IMG/VR virus record: IMGVR_UViG_3300030329_005813
Location: 32,001 to 96,000 of that record
Length of the DNA: 64,000 nt
From: a virus
Reading direction: 5' to 3' (one strand)
Part shown: one piece after another, positions 47,362-57,086 of the stretch
How positions within the stretch are numbered: position 1 is the stretch's first letter
Layout of the letters: each line of letters opens with the position of its first letter
Program-made: the position numbers and the translations under genes
The notes under the pieces: model-generated
Told to the model about the DNA's origin: nothing
The model's input: only the letters and a program-made list of their open reading frames with translations
Databases searched by the model: none

Positions 47362-48045
47362 CTAAACACCATTAATTTTTTCTATGTCTGCTGTTGCAAC
47401 ACCATCAACCTTCCCTATGTTGGCTGATGCAACACCATTTACATTATTTCCGTAGCCAGCAGTACCCTCGGTATAATCAATATATGGACGACGCGAAGCG
47501 TTTGTATTAGCCAGACTATTCCAGCCTGGACCAGATTTTGTCGAGGCTGCTGTTCCGTCATCATTGTAGTCTGTTATTGTAACAATGGCTAATTTAAATT
47601 CGCTTAGAGATCTCATATCTGAAAGTGCAGTAGAATTTAAAGTAATTGAGTTAAATACATTTCTTTGCCATGTGGTAGTATTAATAGTAATTTCGGCAGA
47701 ATATGCCGTACTCCAATCGATCTGATCAAAATCTCCATCAACAAAAGCGGCGCCCGAGGCACCGGTTGCACCAGCATTAACCTTCATAATAATAATATTA
47801 TTATTCACATTAAAACCGGATCCGCGCATTTTTAAAGTTGCGCTAGCGGGTGTTATAGAAATTCCACTAGTATCGTAGGCCTGCATAGAGCGATATATAT
47901 CATATGGCCCAGTTGCTGTGGCTATTTTTAAAACATGATTCGCCGTCGTAGATACAGTGGCAGAGGTAGCATCTCTGGCTGCATCCCAGCTAGCAGCATT
48001 GTCAACTTTAAAAATACCATCATTGCCTGGATTAATTGTTGGCAT
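47362..48045 (-). CDS. Probable virion protein
   Basis: Ala/Thr-rich beta protein ending GYGNNVNGVASANIGKVDGVATADIEKINGV. Confidence 0.5.
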   Translation of the reverse strand: MPTINPGNDGIFKVDNAASWDAARDATSATVSTTANHVLKIATATGPYDIYRSMQAYDTSGISITPASATLKMRGSGFNVNNNIIIMKVNAGATGASGAAFVDGDFDQIDWSTAYSAEITINTTTWQRNVFNSITLNSTALSDMRSLSEFKLAIVTITDYNDDGTAASTKSGPGWNSLANTNASRRPYIDYTEGTAGYGNNVNGVASANIGKVDGVATADIEKINGV

Positions 48046-48307
48046 CTAATTCATTCACGGACAAGATTGTGCCGTGACCTCCTGATTCTAGTTCTTCTTC
48101 CTCGGTGAAAAAATATTCTAACAAAAATTCTCTTAGAGAATCGACACACTCAGTGGTTCTTAAAGAAATAGAATCTTGCATCAAAGTCAAAAATTCGTCC
48201 GCTGTTAGTGATCTTTGTCTCCAGTCGGGTCCAACCATATGAGGATAATACCAATGCTGGATATGGCCGTTGGCCCACTCAATTTGAACTTCGAAACGTC
48301 GCATCAC
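48032..48307 (-). CDS. Hypothetical protein
   Basis: 91-aa coupled ORF. Confidence 0.5.
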   Translation of the reverse strand: MMRRFEVQIEWANGHIQHWYYPHMVGPDWRQRSLTADEFLTLMQDSISLRTTECVDSLREFLLEYFFTEEEELESGGHGTILSVNELDANN

Positions 48308-50019
48308 TACGCAATCTCCACATGAGTTCCATCCGGATTAAAATAAATTAAAACATCGCCGCCATCGTCATCAATGGCGTATCCAACAACGCGAACAAAA
48401 TCTCCGGATGCTGATGGTGCTGTAAAGTCTAAGTGACCAGCGGTAGTAGAAACGTAAATAGGTAGTCCATCGACGGCGCCCGAGCCAGGAACATTTAAAA
48501 TTTCTGTTGATGGAATTCTTATAAATCCGCGAACAAACAATCCAATGCTCCTAGCATTTCCAATTCCAATTCCAAGTAGTTGTGTCGCCCCAGTTGCTAC
48601 TGCGTCAGCATCTGTTGAATTCCAAGTACCGTCAGTATGCAAAAAGTATAATTGGCCTGCGGTTAAAGTTTCATCGGCGCCTGGAGAATATCTTAGTATT
48701 TCGCCATTGCCCTGGCCGTCTGCAAATATGTTTTCAAAAGTTGAAGCATTAAAATCACTAACCGCTGTAAGTCCGTGCTTTGGATACTCAAAGTTAATAC
48801 CAACAGCATCTGTGCTAGCATCAACATAAATTTGATGAGTATTGTTGTCCGACTCGACGCGAAAGTCACAGTCTATGCCATCATCATTAACACACACTTC
48901 CGGTATGTCTGAGTTTGCTACATCTTCGCCACCAATTGAAAATAATGTATTTTGGCTAGCGCTCCCGGCTGTGCCGCCTGACTGAACCCTAAACTTTATC
49001 AAACCGCCTTCATCGCCGTTTGTAATGTCAGAAGCTTCTACTAGGATTGTAGCGTATACCAACTCGTTGTTACCAGAATCAACACCCTCAAATTGAATCC
49101 TGCCCAGATCCATATTATCTGCTTCTGCCGATGTATCGCTTCTTGTAAACTTTAATACAGCTTCGTTAGTAACCCCAGCATTTGTATTTTTTATTTCAAC
49201 TATGGGGCCAGTATCGGCGGCGCTAGATTCAACTAGCAGAATAGGATTATCTGATGATATTGCATCACTTTTAAGATGCATAACTGTAGTTCCGGTCGCA
49301 GCAGTATTATCGTTAGTAACTTTAACAAGAGTTCTGGTGCTTGTATCTGACGAATCAGAAACTAAGTTTAAAATACCACCTGTTGTGAGAGCATCTGCGG
49401 ACACGGACATCACGGCAGCGGTCGTTAATGCATCGGCTGTTACGCCTATAACGGCTGCATCAATGTTGGCAGCATTGATATCAAGGGCTATTTGATCTGT
49501 GTCATTTGAATTTAACTGAACAAGGGGAACGTTATATGCGCCGGCTGTCGCGTGATTCGTAACTTCTAAAGTTGCAGCGGGAGAATCTGTTGAATCCCCA
49601 ACACTAACTCTATTTGTGCTACCCTCAACAAAAATCATATGCGTTTCGTCAACCGACTCAACGCGAAAATCATTATCATTTCCACTTTCATTAAAGGTGG
49701 CTGAATCATCAACTGAAAAAGTTGTTCCATCGTATGTTATATTGGCCTCACCGTCCAGCTCGGTGGTCGTTGAGCCAATAGTTACCATACGATTTTCGGC
49801 CTGATTGTTAAGGGCAGTAATGGTGCCGCTACCGCCAGACACAGTTTGCCAACTGCAAGTGCCATCACCGTCTTCTCTTAAAAATTTAGTTCCACCAGTT
49901 TCGCCGGTTGAAGCTATTTCAGTGCCTTCAATCGGACGATAGACAGCTAGTGCTTTGGCTATTCTGGGGGCAAATACGTTAAGAGAATTGATAAATAAGT
50001 TTCGAAATTCTTTAGACAT
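48307..50019 (-). CDS. Fibre-like virion protein
   Basis: TKFLREDG, two DFRVES repeats, ADALTT repeats, C-terminal capsid-cement-like domain (YVST.AG....AP.ASGDFVR.VGY). Confidence 0.6.
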   Translation of the reverse strand: MSKEFRNLFINSLNVFAPRIAKALAVYRPIEGTEIASTGETGGTKFLREDGDGTCSWQTVSGGSGTITALNNQAENRMVTIGSTTTELDGEANITYDGTTFSVDDSATFNESGNDNDFRVESVDETHMIFVEGSTNRVSVGDSTDSPAATLEVTNHATAGAYNVPLVQLNSNDTDQIALDINAANIDAAVIGVTADALTTAAVMSVSADALTTGGILNLVSDSSDTSTRTLVKVTNDNTAATGTTVMHLKSDAISSDNPILLVESSAADTGPIVEIKNTNAGVTNEAVLKFTRSDTSAEADNMDLGRIQFEGVDSGNNELVYATILVEASDITNGDEGGLIKFRVQSGGTAGSASQNTLFSIGGEDVANSDIPEVCVNDDGIDCDFRVESDNNTHQIYVDASTDAVGINFEYPKHGLTAVSDFNASTFENIFADGQGNGEILRYSPGADETLTAGQLYFLHTDGTWNSTDADAVATGATQLLGIGIGNARSIGLFVRGFIRIPSTEILNVPGSGAVDGLPIYVSTTAGHLDFTAPSASGDFVRVVGYAIDDDGGDVLIYFNPDGTHVEIA

Positions 50020-50074
50020 CTGAATCCACTACCTGCCTATAAATAGTTAAAACTACCTATAGAAGCTTTATTTA

Positions 50075-50920
50075 TCAATCTGCCCAGGGATCATTCGGGG
50101 TACCTGTGGTGATCAAGTGCCCTTCTACAAGCCACTTGTCGGTTCCCATAAGATAACAATGAATAACTGAACCTGCCATTCGGCCTTTATTGTTAGCATC
50201 CAGTACTATTTTATCATGAGAGGAACCATCTGCGGGAAACGCATCGGATTTTGCCGCGGCTGATATTGAATGCATGCAACCAAGGAACAGATCGTTGTCG
50301 GCTGCTGTTTGAATCGTAAGGGTACCTGTCTGGGTCGTGCCTATGAATATTGTGCAGAAAAAACCGCCGTTAGCGCCTGCGTCATCGGGCAGTGTTATGG
50401 TCATCCCAGAACTAAAGGCGTCAGCCACATGCACTATCAGCCCAGAGTGTTCGGGCTGAAGAGTGAGCGTGGTCCCACTATCGAGAATGTAACGAGGGCG
50501 GCGATGACCCCAGCCCCCCGTCGCGGTCGTGCCCACCATTGGATTCGTTCTTGCGTTTTCAAGTTCGGCGCCTGAATCGCCTTGTAACTTAGTCGTAACG
50601 ATTATCGATGCGTTTTCGGAACCATCAGTAACGTTCATGGATTCGCATCTTATTCTGGACCATCGCAGTTCATCGTCATTACTATTTCTTCCATAAAAAT
50701 CAATAGAACCTAAAACATCAGATGCCTCAACCCCCGTAGCTGGACCGAGAGAAGCGTGGACGGAACCAGAGGGGCTGGAAGAGTTTTTTGTAAACCTAAG
50801 GGAACCTGGGGTTTCATCTGCGTTTCTATTTACTATTTTTACAATTGGCTTATCAGACTTTGCTGAACGAATTGTGGCGCCACCGCGAATAGATGATTTA
50901 GAACTTTGAAACCTACCCAT
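50075..50920 (-). CDS. Fibre/decoration-like virion protein
   Basis: D.LG.I.F.G motif shared with the 48307-50019 protein; C-terminal domain resembles the 43325-43768 protein. Confidence 0.5.
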   Translation of the reverse strand: MGRFQSSKSSIRGGATIRSAKSDKPIVKIVNRNADETPGSLRFTKNSSSPSGSVHASLGPATGVEASDVLGSIDFYGRNSNDDELRWSRIRCESMNVTDGSENASIIVTTKLQGDSGAELENARTNPMVGTTATGGWGHRRPRYILDSGTTLTLQPEHSGLIVHVADAFSSGMTITLPDDAGANGGFFCTIFIGTTQTGTLTIQTAADNDLFLGCMHSISAAAKSDAFPADGSSHDKIVLDANNKGRMAGSVIHCYLMGTDKWLVEGHLITTGTPNDPWAD

Positions 50921-50939
50921 AGCTTACACTCCTAATATA

Positions 50940-51461
50940 TTATGTTGGCTCGTGTGAATCAGTAATACCAGAGCCAGTCAAGTGGTACATTCTGCTTGTA
51001 GAAATATTAGTCAACTCGGCTAATACTTGATAAGTGCTGCTACCTGTTGAGTTTGAAATATAAAACTGTTTACATTTTACATCAAGCGTTATGCTTCCTT
51101 GTCCATCAGGTACCGTGATAAAGTGGTAACCAGATATTACATCAGCATCATCAGTAATTGCTTGCTCTCCCGTAAGACCAGGAGTCGTAAGAGCTGTAAC
51201 CCCAGAACCACTTTGGAAATGTATACGAATATCTCCGGAGTCGGCGGCAGTCGTATTGATGACCGTAAAAGATTTACTTACGAACGGAAACTGAATCAAG
51301 TGTACTTTGTTGGCCGCTGAAAAAGTTGAACCCGTAATGAACGGGTGGCCCGAGACCTGATATGAACCAACATTTCTTAGGCCCGGTTCATTAAACGTGT
51401 GTGCATAACCCGGGGCAGTACCCTGACCGTGATTTGCAACGTAACCTGTTTTATCTCCCAT
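50940..51461 (-). CDS. Probable virion protein
   Basis: GL.NVGSYQVSG.PF.TGS; late motif at about 51481. Confidence 0.55.
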   Translation of the reverse strand: MGDKTGYVANHGQGTAPGYAHTFNEPGLRNVGSYQVSGHPFITGSTFSAANKVHLIQFPFVSKSFTVINTTAADSGDIRIHFQSGSGVTALTTPGLTGEQAITDDADVISGYHFITVPDGQGSITLDVKCKQFYISNSTGSSTYQVLAELTNISTSRMYHLTGSGITDSHEPT

Positions 51462-51489
51462 AATCTACTCCTCTCTCTCTATAAATAGT

Positions 51490-51903
51490 TCAACCCATTA
51501 AAGCTTTCCAGTTTTTTCCACCTAAAGCAACAATTCCTGAAATATCTACGCCAGGATCTCCTGGGGCGGTTGTTGCCAACGGGCTTGCGGCTTGCATTTC
51601 AGATAATTCGGCAGCTGCTGGTTTAGTGCCTTCGAATAAATCAACGCCGTTAAAAGCATCTCTTCCAATTTCATCTAATAATTTTTGTCTTTGCTCTTTC
51701 AGTGCCTGTGACTTTGCTGCAACTATATTAGGTTGCTCCACAATTGGGGCGGCAACTTCTTTCTGCTCTGATATAACTTGACCTCCCAATCCTTTTGCAA
51801 CTTCTGATACAATATTGGATAGGAGTCCGCTTTCAAGAAGAACTTCTTGTACACACTCTTTAACCATCGGTCTAATAATTTTTTTTAACTCTGCTCTTTT
51901 CAT
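51490..51903 (-). CDS. Hypothetical head-module protein
   Basis: MKRAELKKII...VKECVQEVLLE leader. Confidence 0.6.
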   Translation of the reverse strand: MKRAELKKIIRPMVKECVQEVLLESGLLSNIVSEVAKGLGGQVISEQKEVAAPIVEQPNIVAAKSQALKEQRQKLLDEIGRDAFNGVDLFEGTKPAAAELSEMQAASPLATTAPGDPGVDISGIVALGGKNWKALMG

Positions 51904-52517
51904 TTGTCTCTCAAGATATCGTTTAGTGCTCTAAAAATTTTATCTGACTTTGTAAAAATGTTTGGCTCTTTATGTTCTCGCATACCCGACTTGACTTTCA
52001 TAAAGGCGCCTGGGGTAGAGGGCTCGGAAACAAAATCAAAACAAATAAGTTGGAAATCATCTTCCACAATTGTCTGGCCCATATGCTCCCTTACAGACCC
52101 CAAACCTCTAGAGGAGATGCCAAGCGTAACGCCTGAACTGGCCAGCTGTTTGAGAATGTTACCAGAAGGAGTATCAAGAATCTCGACTTTTCCCATCAGG
52201 GCTGGTCCGTCCCACCACATATCAATGACAAGATGGGATGCATTTTTAAGATTAATAACGGAGTCATCAGGATGATCTAACTCGCCTAGGGCACGTCGCT
52301 CTCTTACAAGTTTCCAATAGTTCTCCACCTCTCTTTGAAGAATGTCTTTGGAATAGACCCTACCATTACCATTGGGCGTGTCAAACTTCTGCATACAGCC
52401 TGTCATATAGAACTTCTTGCCAGAAGCCATATCACGCTTTTCTTGCTCTGATAGCAGGTCTTGGCACACCCCTCCATCACAAAGGGCATAATATTCTCGT
52501 AATAGTTGTTTTCCCAT
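51900..52517 (-). CDS. Prohead core protease (gp21-like)
   Basis: NGNGRVY, ALGELDHP, SH, TP.G.I, GISSRGLGS, DFVSEPSTPGA. Confidence 0.95.
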   Translation of the reverse strand: MGKQLLREYYALCDGGVCQDLLSEQEKRDMASGKKFYMTGCMQKFDTPNGNGRVYSKDILQREVENYWKLVRERRALGELDHPDDSVINLKNASHLVIDMWWDGPALMGKVEILDTPSGNILKQLASSGVTLGISSRGLGSVREHMGQTIVEDDFQLICFDFVSEPSTPGAFMKVKSGMREHKEPNIFTKSDKIFRALNDILRDK

Positions 52518-52559
52518 AATGATCTCCAAAACGACATATGCGGGCGCTACCCGCGTGAG

Positions 52560-52610
52560 TTAAGAACCGCTGCAACAGCGGCGAACTCTTGGAATATTTC
52601 TACGTCGCAT
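52560..52610 (-). CDS. Putative 16-aa micropeptide MRRRNIPRVRRCCSGS
   Basis: AAGGAG RBS, ATG and TAA; followed by the GCGGG-TAGCG-CCCGC hairpin at 52540-52554. Confidence 0.45.
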   Translation of the reverse strand: MRRRNIPRVRRCCSGS

Positions 52611-52643
52611 TATTCTTCTCCTTTATTCTTTCTCTTCTTCCGC

Positions 52644-53201
52644 TTACTCTTTCTTTTCTTTTTTTGGAGCGCGGGCGGCTTGTCGGATCTTTCTAGAAAT
52701 CGCCACAGGATCATCTTCGTCGCCGGGTGCCCCACCATATGATGGCTTGCTTAGTGGCTTTGAAGTGACCTCTGCGGCCTGAAGATGTCTAATTTGATCT
52801 TCTAAGTTTAGAACTGCTCTCTCTAGTTGTGTAAATGCATCGTCGCCAAGCCCTAAAATTGATGCATCTTTCTGCACTTTTTTCAATAACACGTCAAGTT
52901 GCTTGTAAAGTTTTACAATTTTTTTACCGTGAGTTTTAGCTAAAGATCTTTTTGCTTTTTCTAAAGCAGCTTTTTCTCTTTCGCCGGCCTTGGCTGTCAT
53001 TTCACCAGCAGCTGTTTGAGCACCTAAGCCACTAGCAGCTTTGGCCCCAAGTCTTGACGCGGCAGCGCCAGCTTTAGAACCCAAACCAACTGCCCTAGCA
53101 CGCAAACGATCAAGAACTCCTTCGCTTAACTTACCTTGTTCAGCTAAAAGAATTAACTCTTCTTTGATAATTTGCTCAAGTTGTGCTTTGGTGATTTTCA
53201 C
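52644..53201 (-). CDS. Probable internal head protein with MKITK leader
   Basis: MKITKAQLEQIIKEELILLAE. Confidence 0.65.
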   Translation of the reverse strand: MKITKAQLEQIIKEELILLAEQGKLSEGVLDRLRARAVGLGSKAGAAASRLGAKAASGLGAQTAAGEMTAKAGEREKAALEKAKRSLAKTHGKKIVKLYKQLDVLLKKVQKDASILGLGDDAFTQLERAVLNLEDQIRHLQAAEVTSKPLSKPSYGGAPGDEDDPVAISRKIRQAARAPKKEKKE

Positions 53202-53471
53202 TGTGATGTTCCTTTAAGCGATTTTAAAGTGGGACTTGGGAACATATTCATAGTTTCCATGCCCGATGACTATTTTTGCCTTGCCATCTTCACCTATTTC
53301 GAGGGTTCTTGTATCCCCGGCCTTAATTGTATTTTCGCCACCGGGTGTATCATAAGTAAAGTCTTTCGTAAACTCGATCTTTTTCTTTCCTTCGGCCAGA
53401 ACTCTTCCAAGCTCTTCTTTGATAATTTGTCTAAGTTGTGTCTTTGTGATTTTCATTGTGATGTTCCTTTA
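53157..53471. repeat. 60-bp direct repeat covering the RBS and leader codons of two adjacent genes
   Basis: 53157-53216 vs 53412-53471, 53 of 60 positions identical by eye. Confidence 0.85.
53214..53456 (-). CDS. Probable internal head protein with MKITK leader
   Basis: MKITKTQLRQIIKEELGRVLAE. Confidence 0.65.
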   Translation of the reverse strand: MKITKTQLRQIIKEELGRVLAEGKKKIEFTKDFTYDTPGGENTIKAGDTRTLEIGEDGKAKIVIGHGNYEYVPKSHFKIA

Positions 53472-53767
53472 TCAATTTTTATACCTTCATCTCCGACGAT
53501 CATTGATAATAAATAAGAAGTTCCAGCTCCAACAAACCCGCAAATGAAAAAGTTTGCTATGGTGTAGTCAAAAGTAAATAGTTCTGTCCACTCGTTAATG
53601 GCAAATAAAAACCAACCTGAATGAAAACCAAAACATAGAGGGCAATGGAATAATTTTCCAAAGCCCCAAAGCCATTCTTTGCTTGGCCGTATTCTGTTAA
53701 AAATGCTTGCATATACGACAAGGAAAGTCAGGCCGTAACAAGCAAGTGTAAACCATAATAGTTCCAT
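53453..53767 (-). CDS. Membrane protein with CxxC (DUF1360-like)
   Basis: S.IF..IR...L..CPLC.GF..G with three TM segments. Confidence 0.6.
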   Translation of the reverse strand: MELLWFTLACYGLTFLVVYASIFNRIRPSKEWLWGFGKLFHCPLCFGFHSGWFLFAINEWTELFTFDYTIANFFICGFVGAGTSYLLSMIVGDEGIKIDKGTSQ

Positions 53768-53775
53768 ACTAAGTC

Positions 53776-54318
53776 CTACTCATAAGTATAGCTTTGATAA
53801 TAAGGTCCATAATTGTAGCCTGGGCGTAGTGTGCCCTTGGAATCTTCGTGTGGCACTTCGCCTAGCTCGGTCGACTCCTCTTCGGTTGGATCTGTAAGCC
53901 TATCTGTGTTCATCTCTTCATACTCTTCTATGAACTCAAAATAAGGCCGCTCTTCATCAATCCACTTACCGATATTAAGAATAGCCAAGTTTATGTTATT
54001 AAACTCTTGAGAAGGTAGAAGCTCTGCCTCAAGAGACCCGTAAATGGAGCCTCCAACTATTGAATCGATTCTAATCAAGCCTTTTTTTCTAAGAAATTTG
54101 TAAAGTCTATTCTGTGCGCCATATACCACTTCAGACATCATATCTTTTGGAAAAGAAACAATTTTTTGCTTCTCCTTCATTACTATGATGTCAATGTCAG
54201 CGTGATCAAAAATCATCACGTCACCATCTAAAGTTCTTCTCATATTTAATTCAACTTTAGATACTGGCTTGGACTCTGCTTGTGATTTATCTGATCCTAT
54301 CTTAATGGTAACGGACAT
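53776..54318 (-). CDS. Hypothetical head-module protein
   Basis: 180-aa ORF. Confidence 0.6.
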   Translation of the reverse strand: MSVTIKIGSDKSQAESKPVSKVELNMRRTLDGDVMIFDHADIDIIVMKEKQKIVSFPKDMMSEVVYGAQNRLYKFLRKKGLIRIDSIVGGSIYGSLEAELLPSQEFNNINLAILNIGKWIDEERPYFEFIEEYEEMNTDRLTDPTEEESTELGEVPHEDSKGTLRPGYNYGPYYQSYTYE

Positions 54319-55142
54319 TATTCATTCGCCTCCTTAATCAGGCTTTGAATTTTTAATACTTTACTTATTAAGTCATCATCTATTTTTTTTGCGCCGAACG
54401 ATTCCAACAGATCTTGCAACTCTTTCATTCTGCTTACCATAACATCATCAGCGGCTACATCTTCTTTTAACATAAGATTTTCAAGTTCTTCCTTAAGAGA
54501 ACTAACTTCTTCGTTCAAATACATTTTAAATTCTAATCCATTATTTGAAAAAGATAAAATATATTTATTTAATAATTTTTGTTGGTTCTCAAGTAGCACA
54601 CCTGAATACTTGTTATTGTAGTTTTTTATAAAGCTACTTAGGGTTAAGTTATTTACGTGTGGCATCTTAGTCTCCACCAAGGGCTGCTTGGTGCCAACCA
54701 TAGTGGACAACAACTTTCTTTCTAACAGAATTAATTCTTTCGTTGTGTTCTTGTTGAGAAAAATTTGATATATGGTAGCTAAGTTTTTATAGTTTGGAAC
54801 AAAGTTATTAAAAGTTTCTTTTCCAATTGACTTGTTAATCTCGTTAATTAAGCTTGTCTGCTCATTAAAAACTTGACCTCGGTCCAACGCGTCAAAATCT
54901 TTCCTAGTCTCGTTAAGTAATCTTTCGGCTGTGTACAAATCAACGGCCACGGTTTCGTTAAGATCACGATATATCTTAAGCTCTTTTCCTAAGATCTTAT
55001 TGGTGCTGAAATATTTTTTAATTGTTTCAACAATAAAGTCTTTTCTTTTTATATTAGATGAAACAACTGCTTTTGTCAACTCTTTGATTAGAACTTCATA
55101 CAAAAAAGCGGTATTTCTTTTTTTATTATGTTTGAATTTCAT
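54318..55142 (-). CDS. Hypothetical head-module protein
   Basis: 274 aa, KHNKKRNTAFLYE, directly after the portal gene. Confidence 0.65.
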   Translation of the reverse strand: MKFKHNKKRNTAFLYEVLIKELTKAVVSSNIKRKDFIVETIKKYFSTNKILGKELKIYRDLNETVAVDLYTAERLLNETRKDFDALDRGQVFNEQTSLINEINKSIGKETFNNFVPNYKNLATIYQIFLNKNTTKELILLERKLLSTMVGTKQPLVETKMPHVNNLTLSSFIKNYNNKYSGVLLENQQKLLNKYILSFSNNGLEFKMYLNEEVSSLKEELENLMLKEDVAADDVMVSRMKELQDLLESFGAKKIDDDLISKVLKIQSLIKEANE

Positions 55143-57081
55143 TCTTGTTTAACTCCGAATTATCTAAGTCTTCTATAAGGCTGGCGACTTCTTGATTAAT
55201 GCTAAGGATTTTACTTTCTTCTAACAAATCTTCTTTATCATAACTAGAATCTCGCTGCTCAAACATCCCTTTAGCCAAAGAATCTAAGCCACCATATCCT
55301 TTTTTCCCTGGAAATATTGTTCTTGGATCGACAGTTGCGCCGGCAACAGACTTTCTGTGACGTTTAACTGCTCCATTTTCGCGCTCATCCCTTTCAACTG
55401 GATAGTACACTTTTCCTTTTGCACCGGGAGTGGTGTATCCATCATCGCGACGTCCAGGTGGCGGGGTTTCAGGGGTAGCCAAAAGCATATCGTCTTCGCC
55501 TTCTGGTTCGGCGCCGGCAAGATCTTCGCCCCCTAACTCATCTCCTCCTAAATCACCACCCAGATCACCTAAGTCCTCATCGCCCAGGTCGCCAGTATCA
55601 AGACCAGCAAGGCCAGCAGCTTCTTCAGCAATAACTTCAGCGACAGCTGCCAGTTGAGCGTCGTACTTGCGATCATAGAAAAGCTCTCTTTGGTTTCTAA
55701 GGAACTCTTCATCTGACATACTAAACAAGTGCTCTGCGATCCAGCGCCGTGAGAAGAAGCCTTCTGTAGCAGAGGCTGCAACGGTAAACTTCTTATCCCA
55801 ATGTTCTAGCTCTTGTAGCTCGGCAATCTTAGATGGATTGTTAAGAGCTAGCTTAAAGTTAACAAGATCGTCTCCCCTAAACCCTAAAGTGTAAAGGTGA
55901 ATGATTCCAACTTTTTCTAGCTCTGAAATAGCCGATCTTTGAAGCCTTTGAATAGTTCTGGCAAATCTTATATCTTTTTGTGCCAAAGTAGTTTTATCTT
56001 CGTCTGCACCCTCACCACGCGACAGATAAGAAGCGGGAATTTTAAGTGCTGAGAATAGTTTATCTCTTAGATACTTAACATCGTCGATATCTCCAGTGAA
56101 TGCACCACCGGGTAAAGTTTCGACTCTAGAGCTTGTTCCGCCTCTTTGTGGAATGTAAATGTCCTCTTCGATGCTAAGAGGATTATAACGCAAATCAACT
56201 CGCCCAGTGCTTTCATCAACAATAGAGTTTCTTTTCATTTGAGTCATAACTTTTTGCATATACTGCTCAACTTCATTGGGAGGAATACTTCCCACGTCGA
56301 CGTAAAAGACTCTTCTTTCTGGAGAACGAACAATACGATATGCCATCATAGCATCTTCTAGTAAGATTAGTTGTCTCCATATTCTTCTAGCTGACTCCAA
56401 TACAGAAGTGCCATACGGGGCGTGCTTATCGTTTCCTAGAATTCTAAAGTGTGCAATCTGCCAGCTTTCAAAAGTCATGCCGGCGGTGTTCCACTGAAAC
56501 TGGACATAATCAGGATTTGTTTGGTCCTCTCCTTCCAATCTTTCAACTTCTTGAATTGGTAGACCAATACCACTTTTTATGCCGTGATTTTCGTCTAAGT
56601 CTAAGTATAAAAAGTAATCTCCGTACTTACACATTGAACGACACCAGCCAAAAAGATTAAATTCAATATTTAATACGTCGTGATACAAAGTGTCTAGTAT
56701 AGCCTTAATTTCTTCGTTCGAACACTTAATAGTTAACATTGGCTGGAGGGCTGAATGTGTGGTCATTTCGTCTGCGTAGATATCTAGGGCTGAAGCAATT
56801 TCTGGCGTATACTCCATCTGGTCAAAATCAACATACCGCTCTGTTCTGTTGTGGCCAGAGACAATTGATGGCTGCATATTGCCAAGTACATTAAACCGAC
56901 TTTTCTTAAACTCTTGGCCACTGGCAGAAAAAATACGATTTGAATACTTATCAAGTTGATGTCGCCGTAAACGACGGCCGGTTTGGCTTCTTCTATTAGT
57001 TAAAGGTCCAGATAAAAGCTTAGTTAAAGACTTAAATAACTCTGATCTTGGGTTCCTAGGATTTCTTGAATTCTTAGCCAT
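55126..57081 (-). CDS. Portal protein (gp20-like)
   Basis: PEI..ALDI..DE, LEDAM..YRI.R.PERRVFY.DVG, ETLPGG, DDV.Y...KL..AL.IP. Confidence 0.95.
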   Translation of the reverse strand: MAKNSRNPRNPRSELFKSLTKLLSGPLTNRRSQTGRRLRRHQLDKYSNRIFSASGQEFKKSRFNVLGNMQPSIVSGHNRTERYVDFDQMEYTPEIASALDIYADEMTTHSALQPMLTIKCSNEEIKAILDTLYHDVLNIEFNLFGWCRSMCKYGDYFLYLDLDENHGIKSGIGLPIQEVERLEGEDQTNPDYVQFQWNTAGMTFESWQIAHFRILGNDKHAPYGTSVLESARRIWRQLILLEDAMMAYRIVRSPERRVFYVDVGSIPPNEVEQYMQKVMTQMKRNSIVDESTGRVDLRYNPLSIEEDIYIPQRGGTSSRVETLPGGAFTGDIDDVKYLRDKLFSALKIPASYLSRGEGADEDKTTLAQKDIRFARTIQRLQRSAISELEKVGIIHLYTLGFRGDDLVNFKLALNNPSKIAELQELEHWDKKFTVAASATEGFFSRRWIAEHLFSMSDEEFLRNQRELFYDRKYDAQLAAVAEVIAEEAAGLAGLDTGDLGDEDLGDLGGDLGGDELGGEDLAGAEPEGEDDMLLATPETPPPGRRDDGYTTPGAKGKVYYPVERDERENGAVKRHRKSVAGATVDPRTIFPGKKGYGGLDSLAKGMFEQRDSSYDKEDLLEESKILSINQEVASLIEDLDNSELNKNEIQT

Positions 57082-57086
57082 CTATA

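Noticed and set aside
52540-52562. SECIS/selenocysteine recoding after CCSGS
   Set aside because: The stop is TAA, not TGA.
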